Sequence record: MT661596.1
Length of the DNA stretch: 64,000 bases
Direction: 5' to 3' (one strand)
Shown here: positions 35,877 to 45,851 of the stretch, piece by piece
Position numbering within the stretch: the stretch's first letter is position 1
How the letters are laid out: every line of letters begins with the position of its first letter
Notes under the pieces: model-generated
Database searches by the model: none
What the model was told of the DNA's origin: nothing
The model's input: the letters and a program-made list of their open reading frames with translations, nothing else
Made by a program: the position numbers and the translations under genes

Positions 35877-38462
35877 ATGCGCAGTACGGCTACCATCACT
35901 ATTCGAAGTCATGGGTTTAGTGTTACTGATTATAATGGCGAGTTCTATCGCCATTTAACCGATTACTGCCGCAAGTTTGTAAAAACAAAAATGATGTCGT
36001 CTGTCGCTGGTGGCAGACGCGTTATGAAACAAGTACCAGACCGAGTATTTGCTTCAGCGACTAATAATAGAAGAGAACTCCGATTTCACATCAATGTGTT
36101 AAAAGAGTTCTATTCTTTTATGCAACAACGCGGCTATAACACATCCCGATTTAAAACCATTAAAGACATGCCTGAGCAAGGTCATGACAAATCAATGGAG
36201 TTTAAATCACCTGACGTGCAACCCAGACCACATCAAGTAGATTATATTGCATACCAACTTGATAGAAACAAAGAAGGTGTAACAACTAAGATAAACACAC
36301 TGCAAACAGGTAAAGGCAAACTCCAGCCATTAAGCTCTAAGATTAAGATACCTGGTGGCTGGACCACAATGGGTGAAATAAAAGTTGGTGATTTTGTTAT
36401 ATCCCGGGACGGAACCGCTACAGAAGTTGATGGCGTGTATCCAAACGGGGTGAAGAAAATGTATAAAGTAACATTTGCTGACGGACGTTCAACCAGATGT
36501 GGCGCAGAACATTTATGGCATTGTTACTTTGAAACTACATCACCAGATAAACGATGGAGAACAGTAACAACTCAGGAATTAATTGATTATCGGTCAAGTG
36601 TCAAAGTTCCTAGAGTGTGTGTCCCATTGATAGAGCCTGAGGTTACGCCAAAAGCTGATTTACCGATAGACCCATACATACTAGGTGCATTAATAGGTGA
36701 TGGGAGTTTTGTGTCCGGGTCACTGATGTTAACGACCCCAGATGAGGAAATTCTTGAAGAGTTCCATAAAGAACTACCGGTGACACTATCGATAAAGTAT
36801 GCAGGTAAGTATGACTGGAGGATTAGTAAAAAACCAAAACTATCTGGTGAAAATGAATGGGTAGGTATACTTAGAAGACTTGGTATGTGGGGTCATATCC
36901 ACTACGAAAAAGAAATCCCTGAAATATACATGAATGGGTCAATCGAACAACGACTTCATTTACTTCAGGGGCTACTTGACACAGATGGAACGGTTCAGAA
37001 ATCAGGTTCAGTTTCGTTTAACACATCTAGTCCTAAGCTTGCAGAGCAAGTGCAATACCTCATCCGGTCTCTAGGCGGTATTGCTGCTATTAATACACGG
37101 ATACCAACCTACACTTATAAAGGAGAGAAATTAAAAGGTAGACGTACTTATGATGTCGATATTAGGTTTAAAAAGCCAAGTAGTCTATTTAGATTATCTA
37201 GAAAGAAAAACAGAACGAACGATAATAACCAGTATGCAGCGAATCTAAAGTTAAGAATCATCAATATAGAAGAAGATGGTGAAGAGGATTCCCAATGCAT
37301 ATCGGTTAAGCATCCAGAGCACCTATACGTTACTGATGACTTTATCGTTACTCACAATACGTTCTGCGCAATATACAACATGGTTAAGCTTGAAAAACTT
37401 ACCGTCATTGTGTTGATGCCTAGGTTTATACTTACTTGGTTAACAGGACTTGATGACTTCGTTAAATTAAACCCTGGCGATGTGATGGTTGTTCAAGGGT
37501 CTGCTGAGCTAAATGGGTGTATGAAGTTAGCAGAGGAAAATAAACTCGATGCTAAAATAGTTATTGTTAGTTTACCCACATTCCAATATTTCATGTCGGA
37601 GTATGAAGACACTAACGGTAAGATGAAGGGGTATACACACACTCCAGATGAGTTCTGGAAGTTACTCAACCCAGGGTTTTTGATTGTGGATGAAGGGCAT
37701 GAATCCATCCATGCGTTGTTTAAGCTTGATTTATATACCAACGTAATGAATAAGTTAGTGTTGTCAGCGACATTAGAAGCTGATGATGAGTTCATTAATG
37801 ATATCTATTACATGATATACCCTAACTCCATGCGGTTTAAAAATGGAGAGTATGACAAGTATATTGAATCTATCGCATTGATGTATGGGTTACAGAATCC
37901 GAACTTGGTTAAGTTTAAAGGATTTGGTGGTGCATACAGCCATGTTAAGTTTGAGCAATCTATAATTAAAAACAAGAAGCTATTGTGGTCTTGGTTAGAG
38001 TTCAACAGAACAATATTTGAGCATCTGTTTATACGGAAGAAAGAAGACGGGATGCGATGTCTTATTTATTGCGCCACAGTAGAGATGTGTTTGCTAGTGG
38101 CAAGTCATCTTACTGAAGCATACCCTGAATTAGATATCCGTAAGTTCACCCAAGAAGACCCTAAAGAAACTCTATACGAAGCTGATTGTAGTGTGTCTAC
38201 ATTAAAGTCAGCAGGCACAGGTGTGGATATACCAGAATTGTTCTGTGTTATCTGTACAGTTGCAATAGGGTCTAAGCAACAAAGTAACCAGTCGCTTGGT
38301 AGACTTCGTAGGTTGAAGAGTTTCCCTGACGCTGTTCCTCGTTATTGCTACTTAACCTGTACGGGTATAAAACAGCACATGGACTACCATAGACGTAAAG
38401 TTATTACTTTCGACAATAAAACACTTTCCCAGAAAGAGGTTAATTCTGGATTCTCACTTTAA
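35877..38462 (+). CDS. SF2 (DEAH-like) helicase containing an intein
   Basis: Walker A TGKGK|T split by intein, VDEGH, LSAT, STLKSAGTGVDIP, QSLGRLRR. Confidence 0.92.
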   Translation: MRSTATITIRSHGFSVTDYNGEFYRHLTDYCRKFVKTKMMSSVAGGRRVMKQVPDRVFASATNNRRELRFHINVLKEFYSFMQQRGYNTSRFKTIKDMPEQGHDKSMEFKSPDVQPRPHQVDYIAYQLDRNKEGVTTKINTLQTGKGKLQPLSSKIKIPGGWTTMGEIKVGDFVISRDGTATEVDGVYPNGVKKMYKVTFADGRSTRCGAEHLWHCYFETTSPDKRWRTVTTQELIDYRSSVKVPRVCVPLIEPEVTPKADLPIDPYILGALIGDGSFVSGSLMLTTPDEEILEEFHKELPVTLSIKYAGKYDWRISKKPKLSGENEWVGILRRLGMWGHIHYEKEIPEIYMNGSIEQRLHLLQGLLDTDGTVQKSGSVSFNTSSPKLAEQVQYLIRSLGGIAAINTRIPTYTYKGEKLKGRRTYDVDIRFKKPSSLFRLSRKKNRTNDNNQYAANLKLRIINIEEDGEEDSQCISVKHPEHLYVTDDFIVTHNTFCAIYNMVKLEKLTVIVLMPRFILTWLTGLDDFVKLNPGDVMVVQGSAELNGCMKLAEENKLDAKIVIVSLPTFQYFMSEYEDTNGKMKGYTHTPDEFWKLLNPGFLIVDEGHESIHALFKLDLYTNVMNKLVLSATLEADDEFINDIYYMIYPNSMRFKNGEYDKYIESIALMYGLQNPNLVKFKGFGGAYSHVKFEQSIIKNKKLLWSWLEFNRTIFEHLFIRKKEDGMRCLIYCATVEMCLLVASHLTEAYPELDIRKFTQEDPKETLYEADCSVSTLKSAGTGVDIPELFCVICTVAIGSKQQSNQSLGRLRRLKSFPDAVPRYCYLTCTGIKQHMDYHRRKVITFDNKTLSQKEVNSGFSL
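36321..37358 (+). mobile_element. class 3 intein with LAGLIDADG homing endonuclease (346 aa)
   Basis: LQPL start, AEHLW, QCISV, VTHN|T end; LGALIGDG and QGLLDTDG motifs. Confidence 0.9.
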
Positions 38463-38467
38463 CAACA

Positions 38468-38497
38468 GGGCTAGGGTTTTACTCTAGCCCTTATGCC
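38468..38497 (+). terminator. hairpin + TTATGCC element
   Basis: GGGCTAG/CTAGCCC then TTATGCC. Confidence 0.65.
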
Positions 38498-38508
38498 AAT
38501 TAGGATAA

Positions 38509-38799
38509 ATGCTTGTGACAAGAATAGCTATTGCTGGGGGGTTATGTGGTCTTGGTCTTATTATTGCAGAACGCCTATCCAAGATAAGTGATGTTAAACT
38601 AGTTGATATGGATAGCGGTGTTAGTCTAGGTTCTTTATGGAATACCAGCATATACAGTTGCTTTAAAGATGAACATTACACAGAAGACCCTAGAATGCAT
38701 AGAGACTACTTGTTAGGTCGTAAAGGCAATAAACCAATTAAATGTTCCCCTAAACACAGAGGGAGAGCTTGTAAAAAGAAATCAAAAAGAGGTCGATAA
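38509..38799 (+). CDS. hypothetical protein, N-terminal hydrophobic segment
   Basis: 96 aa, AGGA RBS. Confidence 0.6.
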   Translation: MLVTRIAIAGGLCGLGLIIAERLSKISDVKLVDMDSGVSLGSLWNTSIYSCFKDEHYTEDPRMHRDYLLGRKGNKPIKCSPKHRGRACKKKSKRGR

Positions 38800-39230
38800 T
38801 GAAACGATTATTATTATCAGTGGTTATGTTAGCTACCTTTAATGCGTCAGCTACAGACACCGTTGTGAATACAGGTATTTGGAGTGCGGAATATAACTCA
38901 GGCTCTAGTTTCTACAGCACTCAATCCGCCGGGCAGGAAATCACAATGGAGTGCTTTCTTGGTGAGTTTAAGTTTGGCTTATTTGACAAACCAACAGAGT
39001 CTGAATTAAACTCTAACGATAGCCCTGTGGCAATCTACATCGATGGTATTAAGTATAGGCAACCAAAGACACCTGTAGAAAATGAAGCGCTGTATCACGC
39101 GATAGAACGCGCTACATACGGTATACAGTATGTGTTTGCTGATGGGTTTAAATCTAAACTATATCCTGTTGAAGGGCTAGGGGTCTTATTTAAAGATTCT
39201 AGCTATCAAGACAGTAACTGCGCAGAATAA
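38799..39230 (+). CDS. secreted protein, paralogue family copy 1
   Basis: Signal peptide; W..., EC, IDG.xY..P, SNC shared with 41798 and 42298. Confidence 0.75.
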   Translation: MKRLLLSVVMLATFNASATDTVVNTGIWSAEYNSGSSFYSTQSAGQEITMECFLGEFKFGLFDKPTESELNSNDSPVAIYIDGIKYRQPKTPVENEALYHAIERATYGIQYVFADGFKSKLYPVEGLGVLFKDSSYQDSNCAE

Positions 39231-39252
39231 CTTAATCCCAATCAATCTTAAA

Positions 39253-39262
39253 CCTACATTAT
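39253..39262 (+). promoter_or_regulatory. early-type promoter motif
   Basis: AAACCTACATTAT. Confidence 0.7.
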
Positions 39263-39322
39263 CAATGTGTATAATCAGTAGTAAGCAATTAACTTTAATT
39301 AATTAACAAAAAGGAATATCCC

Positions 39323-40294
39323 ATGGGTTCATCATTAAAAGAAATCATTCGTAACGCGTTCGTAAAAGCAGAAGAAACATTAAATACAATACCAGGTATT
39401 TCTTTCAATGCCACTTCTGGTCTTATATCAGTATCCATCAATTCAAAAGATGCCTTTGGTGACAACTCAACCGATTATGTAGCAACGGGGCGTATCACCT
39501 ACACCAAGCAACCCCCTGTTGTTATTGTGCCAACTGTCACCGTAATTGAGTTATCATTTGCTGATGACATTATAGGGGTTATTAACAACTCTAAACGGTC
39601 TGGTGATTCTGACCGAGGTTATCTGTGTTTAACAACTACAATGGATTCGTATGCACCTTTAACAGTTCTTCTAGCTATTATTACTTCACTCAGTACAGAT
39701 AACCGTGTTGTGTTAGCACGCCGTGTGATTGGCGGCGATACATTCCCGCTAACAGCGAATAACACATTTATTTGTTATGGTGATTCAAACAGTCTTTTCA
39801 TCAACCCTACCTTATTTGTAACTGCTATTGCTCGTGAGGGCTTTGCTTCATTTATCCGTGGGTTTAACAACTACGACTATATCACACCAGCTTGTGCAGA
39901 AGGTGCTTTAGATATGTTGTTTAGTAGCATGGCGTATACTAAAGAGAAAGGCGGTGTAGGTGGTCAAACAAACCTGTACACCATTACAACAGACCAGTTG
40001 GAGGCTAAACCATTAATGGATAACCAGATTGTGTCTAATGGTGATGCGGGCTATTTTGCAGTTAATGGTGAGTGGGTATATATTGGTGATGTCCGTTGTA
40101 TGTTCAGAGCGCTTCAACCTATACCGCCTGCACAGCAGTTCGCTCGCAGTTATTCTGCTGGCGCAGTACCAGAAATGCCTAATTTTAATAACGCTGTTAA
40201 TTTAACAGGTGTCGTGCCATTCCCTGGCCCTCATGTGAGTCACATTCACGAAGGCTCGGCGAAATCTGTTTCAGAAACAACCCAGGCAAAGTAA
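39323..40294 (+). CDS. hypothetical protein
   Basis: 323 aa, AAGGA RBS. Confidence 0.8.
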   Translation: MGSSLKEIIRNAFVKAEETLNTIPGISFNATSGLISVSINSKDAFGDNSTDYVATGRITYTKQPPVVIVPTVTVIELSFADDIIGVINNSKRSGDSDRGYLCLTTTMDSYAPLTVLLAIITSLSTDNRVVLARRVIGGDTFPLTANNTFICYGDSNSLFINPTLFVTAIAREGFASFIRGFNNYDYITPACAEGALDMLFSSMAYTKEKGGVGGQTNLYTITTDQLEAKPLMDNQIVSNGDAGYFAVNGEWVYIGDVRCMFRALQPIPPAQQFARSYSAGAVPEMPNFNNAVNLTGVVPFPGPHVSHIHEGSAKSVSETTQAK

Positions 40295-40404
40295 TACAGT
40301 CGTCAACACCAGTGAAATAAAGTAGTGCAAACCAATAAGCCGGTACATTACGTACCGGCAATACTTCCCGTTATTTATTTTTTATATCTATAAGAGAATT
40401 AATC

Positions 40405-41736
40405 ATGTCTGAAGGAAAAGCGGTAGTAGAAGAGTTTCGTAAAATGGCTCGTGTCGTTTTAGTTGATGATGTAATCCCACATCCAAATGCCGATAAACTG
40501 GAGCTAGCTATTATAGGTGGTTGGCAATGCTGTATTAAATTAGGTGAGTTCAAGAAAGGCGATAAGGCGCTTTATTGTGAGATAGACGCGCTAGTACCTA
40601 CGATAAACCCAGCCTTCTCTTTCCTAGAATCTCGTAAAGAAGGATTGAAATCATTTAACGGTATTTCTTACGCACGCATTAAAACAATTAAATTAAGAAA
40701 AGAGATTTCTCAGGGTTTGTTATTACCACTGCCAGATGAATTCAAAGACGCTGAAGTAGATACTAACTTATCAGAACAACTGGGTGTTCTCAAGTACGAA
40801 AAGTCAGAATCTAAAGCGGATGATGAGGATACAAAGAAACAGTATAGTCTTTATCACCGCTTCGCATTATGGTTATATGGTTCTGATAGACCAAACCTAC
40901 CATTCCCAGCATTCCTAAGAAAGTCTGAAGAAAATCGTGTTCAAAACATCAACAGTCAGTTTAAAGTTGCTCACGACACTTGTGAACGTTTTGAGATGAC
41001 AGTGAAGTTAGATGGTGAGTCAATGACTGTCTACTCACATCGTAATGAGAAAGGAAAGATTGTATTTGGTGTCTGTTCTAGAAATATGGAACTGTATCTT
41101 GATGACCTTAACTATACACCTACTGAAGCGTTACGTAAGTGGCTAGGTAAGCTTCTATTAAGAAACAGACGTGCTATTACATTACAACCATACATCCACC
41201 CACAAGACGTTACAGGAGTCTTAGATTGGATTAAGCAATCTGCAATAGCTTTAAAACAATGTGTTCGTATAAATGTGGGTTTACCTAAATGGGTTTCTTC
41301 TGTCAAAGCAACAGATGACCGTTTTGTAAAATATGTCAGTGACAATAAGTTATTTGATAAACTTGCTGCTGCAACTATCTCTACTAATGGTAAAACCTAT
41401 TCTGTTCAGGGTGAATTAATTGGTCCTGGCATTCAAGGTAATTACGAAGGTGTCGATAAACTTAGTTATTATGTTTATCGCGTATTCGATTCAGAGGGCA
41501 ATGTGTTAACACCTTATGAAGCTAGAATCTGGTGTAGCATTAATGAGTTCGCTTATGTACCTGTATTAGAAGCCGAAGCTTTACTTCCAGAGACTATTAA
41601 AGACTTAGTCAAACAAGCTGAAGGTAAACGCTCCTTAGCTAAAGGCGGTAAACGCGAAGGTATTGTTCTTAAATCAAACACTCGTGATTTTTCATTTAAA
41701 GTAATATCAGAAAGCTACTTATTAAACGAGAAGTGA
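40405..41736 (+). CDS. ATP-dependent RNA ligase, DRB0094/Rnl5 type with N-terminal OB domain
   Basis: HPNADKLE, SQGLLLP, KLDGES, QGELIGPGIQGN, REGIVLK, FKVIS. Confidence 0.9.
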   Translation: MSEGKAVVEEFRKMARVVLVDDVIPHPNADKLELAIIGGWQCCIKLGEFKKGDKALYCEIDALVPTINPAFSFLESRKEGLKSFNGISYARIKTIKLRKEISQGLLLPLPDEFKDAEVDTNLSEQLGVLKYEKSESKADDEDTKKQYSLYHRFALWLYGSDRPNLPFPAFLRKSEENRVQNINSQFKVAHDTCERFEMTVKLDGESMTVYSHRNEKGKIVFGVCSRNMELYLDDLNYTPTEALRKWLGKLLLRNRRAITLQPYIHPQDVTGVLDWIKQSAIALKQCVRINVGLPKWVSSVKATDDRFVKYVSDNKLFDKLAAATISTNGKTYSVQGELIGPGIQGNYEGVDKLSYYVYRVFDSEGNVLTPYEARIWCSINEFAYVPVLEAEALLPETIKDLVKQAEGKRSLAKGGKREGIVLKSNTRDFSFKVISESYLLNEK

Positions 41737-41797
41737 TAAATAAAGATGGGTTGGTTAAACCAACCCACACCCCTTACAAATTAAGAGAGTAATAACC

Positions 41798-42283
41798 ATG
41801 GCAACTTCAATTAAATATTTTATCAACACTTTATTGGCTTTACCTTTACTATTTGTATCTTGCCTAGCAGTTGCTGATACAGATGAACCTGAAACACCTT
41901 ACTTAGTAACGCAAACCGGTAGTTGGTTAGTTCAGTATGAGTTAGGGTCTGCCATTTTTATAGACCTTGAATCATGGACTGAGGTTAACTCCCTGGAGTG
42001 TGTGGGCGGGTTCTGGACATTTAATGCTACTTACAAGAACGGTGAAGAAACGTCAAGCGTTAAAGAACCTGGGTTGATTATATCTGTCGATGGTGTTGAA
42101 TACAAAACACCACGAGATAACAAATCTGCCAAGGATTTATATGAAGCCATTGCTAATGCAACTGGCGACATTAAGTTCTACTCTACAACGTTGGGTTATT
42201 CAAGAACATCATCAGCGAAAGGAGTTGCTGTCCATTTCAAGAATGTACCTTTTGAAAGCAGTAACTGTTATATCAAACCTTAA
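41798..42283 (+). CDS. secreted protein, paralogue family copy 2
   Basis: Signal peptide, two conserved Cys, VDGVEY..P. Confidence 0.75.
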   Translation: MATSIKYFINTLLALPLLFVSCLAVADTDEPETPYLVTQTGSWLVQYELGSAIFIDLESWTEVNSLECVGGFWTFNATYKNGEETSSVKEPGLIISVDGVEYKTPRDNKSAKDLYEAIANATGDIKFYSTTLGYSRTSSAKGVAVHFKNVPFESSNCYIKP

Positions 42284-42297
42284 ATAAGGGGTGACCT

Positions 42298-42768
42298 ATG
42301 AGGCGAATAATCTTACTCGTCGTTATGTTGTTGTTCACAAATATAGCATCAGCCGACGGTAATGGATACACCATGAACAGCTACGGTACGTGGACTGTTC
42401 TAGACACCGAGATAAACACCATGTATATGGAAGCACAATCAGGGTCTAAAAAGAACCTAATTGAGTGTCGTATGGGTGAGTGGATAGCCGGTGGTAACTT
42501 TAATGGCGTATTCAGAAACTCAATTGATGATGAAACGATTACGTTAGTCATTGACGGTTATCAATACGCTATACCTAAAACACCCTCTGAAAAAGAAAGC
42601 ATGTGGAAACTCATTTCTTCTGAAAGAACACAATACATCGCATTTCATTCTAAGGTTTACGGTAAGACCCCAGCTATACCACTAAATGGCTTAACGCAAT
42701 ATCTCCAGGGACAAGACTTTTACAAGAGTAATTGTTATGTAACACGAGAAATGCGTGATAACCAATAA
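42298..42768 (+). CDS. secreted protein, paralogue family copy 3
   Basis: Signal peptide, two conserved Cys, IDGYQY..P. Confidence 0.75.
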   Translation: MRRIILLVVMLLFTNIASADGNGYTMNSYGTWTVLDTEINTMYMEAQSGSKKNLIECRMGEWIAGGNFNGVFRNSIDDETITLVIDGYQYAIPKTPSEKESMWKLISSERTQYIAFHSKVYGKTPAIPLNGLTQYLQGQDFYKSNCYVTREMRDNQ

Positions 42769-42791
42769 AGGTATAACTGCGGGGTTCTTAT

Positions 42792-43184
42792 ATGGGTAAA
42801 CATTGTAAGATTATCTCTATACAAAGAAAGCTTTTAACTGACGGTAGTTTCGTTAATAAGCTATCTAGTTGTGGGTGTAAATACCTAATGGTTGACACAC
42901 TACCAACAGCAACAGAGATAAACGCACTTGTTAAACAGGCTCTAACAAATAGTGAGATATTAGTTATCGATACTAGCGAGGTAACATTACGTGCCTTAGC
43001 AACAATCAATATTCCGTACTACTGTATTTATTCTGGTAAACCGGATACTGATATCGAGCTTAAACACCTCAATCTTTGTCGTATGAGCAGTGGTAGTGTT
43101 AGGATAGAGGTTGGGTTACAACAATCTATTACTGATGCTGTAATTGACTACAGACCGGATTTAGGTGTATGTGTTGAGTTATAA
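42792..43184 (+). CDS. hypothetical protein
   Basis: 130 aa, ends at convergent terminator. Confidence 0.6.
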   Translation: MGKHCKIISIQRKLLTDGSFVNKLSSCGCKYLMVDTLPTATEINALVKQALTNSEILVIDTSEVTLRALATINIPYYCIYSGKPDTDIELKHLNLCRMSSGSVRIEVGLQQSITDAVIDYRPDLGVCVEL

Positions 43185-43187
43185 GAC

Positions 43188-43225
43188 CGGCATAAAAGGC
43201 GGCTCCTTCGGGAGCCGCCCTTATG
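43188..43225 (-). terminator. hairpin + TTATGCCG element, bidirectional
   Basis: CGGCATAA, GGCGGCTCC-TTCG-GGAGCCGCC, T run on + side. Confidence 0.7.
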
Positions 43226-43242
43226 TTGATATTTTTTTTTTG

Positions 43243-43551
43243 TTAAGATAAGTGATATCGGTTACTTATATCGTCAACAGTGTCAACACGACCCCATACT
43301 CGACGTTCTTTAACACCGTACCCTTTTAGGTTGTACTTAATTCGAGTAGCACTATTTTCATGAACATGTGATGGTTTACATGACTCACTGACATTGTAGG
43401 CAATTATGGGTAGACCATCGACTCGTTTTATCCAGGTCTTCGTTGCTTGTAAGTGAAAAGTGGCAACACCGGTCGGTGTAGAAATGTCAGTTGTGAAATA
43501 AACAATTGACGGTCGAAAGAATCTAGCAATGAGGTATTTAATTAATGACAT
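43243..43551 (-). CDS. hypothetical protein
   Basis: 102 aa. Confidence 0.65.
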   Translation of the reverse strand: MSLIKYLIARFFRPSIVYFTTDISTPTGVATFHLQATKTWIKRVDGLPIIAYNVSESCKPSHVHENSATRIKYNLKGYGVKERRVWGRVDTVDDISNRYHLS

Positions 43552-43876
43552 GAGTAATATCCTGATGCTCAGTCAACACGACTGATGATTTAGTTAGTTC
43601 TTTTAATGTTTGGTTTGTTATCATTTCTAAGCTATCTTCTTCTCCAAAGTATCTGGCTTCGATAGATACAATAGAAACACCATCAACCTTTATAGAGGCT
43701 TCAGCCTTTTGTGCAACCGAACCAAACTTACACAACCCGTTAATTGTGCTTTCGTATTCAACGACTTTCCATTTACCATTAGAATATACTGATGACTTAG
43801 TATACTCACCGTCGTGCACCTTTTTACCAAAAAGAATAACAGTAGCCTTAACTAAGGTTTTTAAAAATAGGTTCAT
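43538..43876 (-). CDS. hypothetical protein
   Basis: 112 aa, GAGGG RBS. Confidence 0.7.
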   Translation of the reverse strand: MNLFLKTLVKATVILFGKKVHDGEYTKSSVYSNGKWKVVEYESTINGLCKFGSVAQKAEASIKVDGVSIVSIEARYFGEEDSLEMITNQTLKELTKSSVVLTEHQDITHVIN

Positions 43877-43902
43877 ACACCCTCTGAAAAAGAAAGGGTG
43901 TA

Positions 43903-44376
43903 TTACTCACCCTTTAATTTTTTGATTTCGTTTTCTAAACGAGTTATGGTTTGGTTCATCGCATTGTTCTCGCGAGTCATTGAATCAGATAATGCGTTCA
44001 ATAACACTTTGCGTTTACAATACGGCTTAGCCATCCACTCATCGTAAGAAAGCCCATACTTGCCGCCAATATCGTATCTAAGATATTCGAGCGCATATTC
44101 CTCATAACCTACTGCTTTCATTGGGTCTTCTTGGTCAGTCATGAGGATGGCAGACAACGGGGATGGGTCGTCATGGTTAACGACCCTAAAGTTGTCATCG
44201 TAAACTTCCCACGATTTGACAATCGCCATACCTGGCTCAAATTTCTTCAGACCATGCCGGTCTTCAAGAAATTTCTTTAAAGCCCCAGTATCATCACCAA
44301 TGATAGTTCCGAAGTCATAATCTGCTAGACTTCTTCCCTCTCGTAAATGCGCGCAAGTGTACTCGTCATCACGGTA
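43903..44376 (-). CDS. tail-assembly-chaperone T-like frame, probably reached by -1 frameshift
   Basis: Frame open from 44424 with no ATG until 44229; YGLSYDEWMAKPYCKRKVLL resembles GT extensions. Confidence 0.6.
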   Translation of the reverse strand, partial: YRDDEYTCAHLREGRSLADYDFGTIIGDDTGALKKFLEDRHGLKKFEPGMAIVKSWEVYDDNFRVVNHDDPSPLSAILMTDQEDPMKAVGYEEYALEYLRYDIGGKYGLSYDEWMAKPYCKRKVLLNALSDSMTRENNAMNQTITRLENEIKKLKGE

Positions 44377-45839
44377 AAAAAAACTTTTTCGACGTTTAAC
44401 GGAGTGAAAGCTTGCATGTACCGGTCACGAACAGGTTGGATGTTTCCGCATGAAGGACAAGTCCAACGAGGAATCGCCATTAATGCTACTGTTGCCTGTG
44501 CACCAAATTCGATTACAGCGTTAGAGATAGCTTTAGTGATTTTGTCATCTGTTGTGAATTCAGCCAATGCATCACCGATATCTTTTCTATCACTGATTAC
44601 CTGGCCGCCGATTTCAATAGATGCAATCCAGTGCGCCATACTGCGGTTGCTAGACAATGCTGCTTTACGTTTAATCATAGTCTCACGTTCTTCACGAGTA
44701 GACCCTTCTTTAAACGCATCAGTAACAGAAGCTTCTAATGCCTCTAACCACGCAATGCCTTCATTGATTTTATCAGCCACTGTTGGAACACGCATATTAA
44801 GGAACACACCGGGCATAATTTCGAATGCCTTCTTAAGGTCAAACGCTTCTTGGTACGCCGAAACTGTAGTGACCGTATGCCCTGTATCCGTACTCATGTG
44901 TGCAGCTTGACTTTCGGTGATACGGCTGTGGTCTACGATTAACATTCTTGCTAAATTAACGCGTTCAGAAACTGTATGACCACACAAACCACCTGCTTCG
45001 GCACGAGCCACACAACTTGTATTTAAGGTGTAACCTGATTTAAAACGACCAGCTAAATATGCATGTGCTAGCACATAGATATCAGGCGCTTTAATAAGGT
45101 CTTGAAGCTTGCCTGGGTCTGTAATACCCACACTTGTTTTATAGATACGGTTAATCAAGAATCGAGACATGTGTTTAAAGATAATCACGTCAAGGTTACC
45201 GAATACCATACCTAACGTAGAGCGACCTAGGTCAGACTTTTCTTGGTGGATAGCGCTTTGCATATCAAGCCATAGGTCGTCACCATCAATTTGTAAAGAA
45301 GCCCAGAACCCAGAATGTGGTAAATGAACAGTTGTGAAATCACCACGTTCCATGACTTGGCGAACTTTCATGATAGCCTGCATACCCGTAAGGATGCCGT
45401 TATCTGAATCAGTTACTTTTACGTCAGGTCGGCCAATATTAACTAGCTTATTATTTCTAAACATCCCTTGTAGCCATTTGGCACCCGGGGTATTAATACT
45501 GCGGTCTAGTACACTGTAACGTGATAGATGGTTAATTGAATTAATAACATGCTGAATCCATAGTGTTGCTTTCTCTGGACCATCACGGCGAATCATTTCT
45601 TTAAACAACGCCTTGTCTGAATCGTCTGTATTGATTTCATTGACAAGGTCTGTTAAATCCCCGTAGTTACCGTGGATGACAGGAATGACATCATCAATTG
45701 ACTCTGCCGTTTCTAAAGCCGTTAGAATAGGGGACTTAAACCCTTCTTCAATTGGCTGGATATCCATAGTTAGTTCAGTCGGATTTTCAGCATTAACATC
45801 AATGTCTGTTTTTATTACTTCTTCATTATTATCGGTCAT
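44325..45839 (-). CDS. tail/baseplate assembly chaperone-like protein (G-like)
   Basis: 504 aa, C-x-CGH and WTCPSCG Zn motifs, T8 slippery run near 3' end; phiKZ gp77 position. Confidence 0.6.
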   Translation of the reverse strand: MTDNNEEVIKTDIDVNAENPTELTMDIQPIEEGFKSPILTALETAESIDDVIPVIHGNYGDLTDLVNEINTDDSDKALFKEMIRRDGPEKATLWIQHVINSINHLSRYSVLDRSINTPGAKWLQGMFRNNKLVNIGRPDVKVTDSDNGILTGMQAIMKVRQVMERGDFTTVHLPHSGFWASLQIDGDDLWLDMQSAIHQEKSDLGRSTLGMVFGNLDVIIFKHMSRFLINRIYKTSVGITDPGKLQDLIKAPDIYVLAHAYLAGRFKSGYTLNTSCVARAEAGGLCGHTVSERVNLARMLIVDHSRITESQAAHMSTDTGHTVTTVSAYQEAFDLKKAFEIMPGVFLNMRVPTVADKINEGIAWLEALEASVTDAFKEGSTREERETMIKRKAALSSNRSMAHWIASIEIGGQVISDRKDIGDALAEFTTDDKITKAISNAVIEFGAQATVALMAIPRWTCPSCGNIQPVRDRYMQAFTPLNVEKVFFTVMTSTLARIYEREEV

Positions 45840-45851
45840 TTTTATCCCCGT

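Noticed and set aside
44347-44910. 187-aa plus-strand ORF
   Set aside because: Antisense to the conserved 504-aa gene, no RBS or recognisable motif
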